IMG/VR virus record: IMGVR_UViG_2548876940_000012
Coordinates: 1-13,189 of that record
Source: a virus
Taxonomy: Duplodnaviria; Heunggongvirae; Uroviricota; Caudoviricetes
DNA length: 13,189 bases
Strand: one strand, 5' to 3'
Shown here: positions 12,744 to 13,189 of the stretch, piece by piece
Layout of the letters: the number at the start of each line of letters is the position of its first letter
How positions within the stretch are numbered: position 1 is the stretch's first letter
Made by a program: the position numbers and the translations under genes
Notes under the pieces: model-generated
Databases searched by the model: none
What the model was told of the DNA's origin: nothing
Seen by the model: only the letters and a program-made list of their open reading frames with translations

Positions 12744-13189
12744 ATGGCTGGAACGGCGGGGCGTTCCGGGCGTCGCCCCAAGCCAACGGCGCGCAAGGCG
12801 CTGGCCGGAAACCCCGGCAAGCGAGCCCTGAACAAAGATGAACCTGTTTTTACGCCCATCAAAGGTGTTGAGCCACCGGAGTGGTTCGCAGAAGAAGATC
12901 TCCCTCTCGCCACGATCATGTGGCAACTGACAACCAAAGAACTCTGCGGTCAGGGCCTGCTGTGCGTGACTGACCTTGCGGTACTTGAGCGGTGGTGCGT
13001 GGCCTATGAGTTCTGGCGACGTGCCGTGAAAAATATTGCCAGACAGGGCAACACCATCACCGGTGCAATGGGTGGCATGGTTAAAAATCCGGAGCTGACC
13101 GCCAAGAAAGAACAGGAGTCCGAGATGAGCAGCACGGGGGCAATGCTCGGACTCGACCCCAGCAGCCGCCAGCGTCTGATTGGCCTGGC
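12744..13189 (+). CDS. Terminase small subunit, P27 family; 5' partial (runs off the window end)
   Basis: AGGAG RBS at 12731-12735. Hand translation MAGTAGRSGRRPKPTARKALAGNPGKRALNKDEPVFTPIKGVEPPEWF... matches the P27-family small-terminase N-terminus. No stop before 13189. Confidence 0.8.
   Translation, partial: MAGTAGRSGRRPKPTARKALAGNPGKRALNKDEPVFTPIKGVEPPEWFAEEDLPLATIMWQLTTKELCGQGLLCVTDLAVLERWCVAYEFWRRAVKNIARQGNTITGAMGGMVKNPELTAKKEQESEMSSTGAMLGLDPSSRQRLIGL

Larger units (their letters stand above)
1..13189. mobile_element. Lambdoid prophage segment: immunity, replication, nin, Q, lysis and start of packaging modules; mosaic of lambda-like and HK97-like parts
   Basis: Canonical lambdoid gene order (cI / cro / cII-like / O / P / ren / nin genes / Q / holin / R / Rz-Rz1 / HNH / terS) with divergent cI and cro orientation and operator palindromes between them. 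Confidence 0.9.

Noticed and set aside
12582-12937. Minus-strand ORFs 12582..12926 and 12725..12937
   Set aside because: Antisense across the HNH 3' end, the cos-like region and the small-terminase start. The plus-strand genes have RBSs and clear family motifs.
1-13189. Integrase, attachment sites, tRNA genes, IS elements or CRISPR arrays
   Set aside because: None recognisable in this window. It appears to be wholly internal to the prophage, with the integration module lying outside.

Overview
This window is an internal ~13 kb slice of a lambdoid (lambda/Rac/DLP12-like) enterobacterial prophage. All family calls come from reading motifs and recalling sequences; no search or computation was run. 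Left to right: a leftward early region (Arg-rich hypothetical ORF, OL-like operator cluster); a leftward cI operon (cI-like repressor, then a 357-aa GNAT-like/PUA-like fusion, then an ASCH-domain protein, then an intrinsic terminator); OR/PR; cro (YdaS-like); a cII-like YdaT-family gene; replication genes O (five ori iterons embedded) and P; a truncated ren; an AT-rich moron island (secreted protein, HEPN protein plus unknown overlapping partner); nin-type genes (ybcN/ninB-like, ninE, ybcO, rusA, ylcG); a Q-like antiterminator; a PR'/tR'-like late control region; a lysis cassette (holin, R transglycosylase, overlapped Rz/Rz1 spanins); a second AT-rich moron (169-aa protein with an Rx4H motif); then an HNH endonuclease, a cos/terminator-like structure and the 5' part of a P27-family small terminase. 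No rRNA, tRNA, CRISPR array, integrase or IS element was seen. The best candidate for an undescribed system is the ASCH + GNAT/PUA-like gene pair at 754..2182, which sits exactly where lambda carries rexAB and matches no named defence system I know. The second candidate is the HEPN + unknown-partner pair at 6874..7670.
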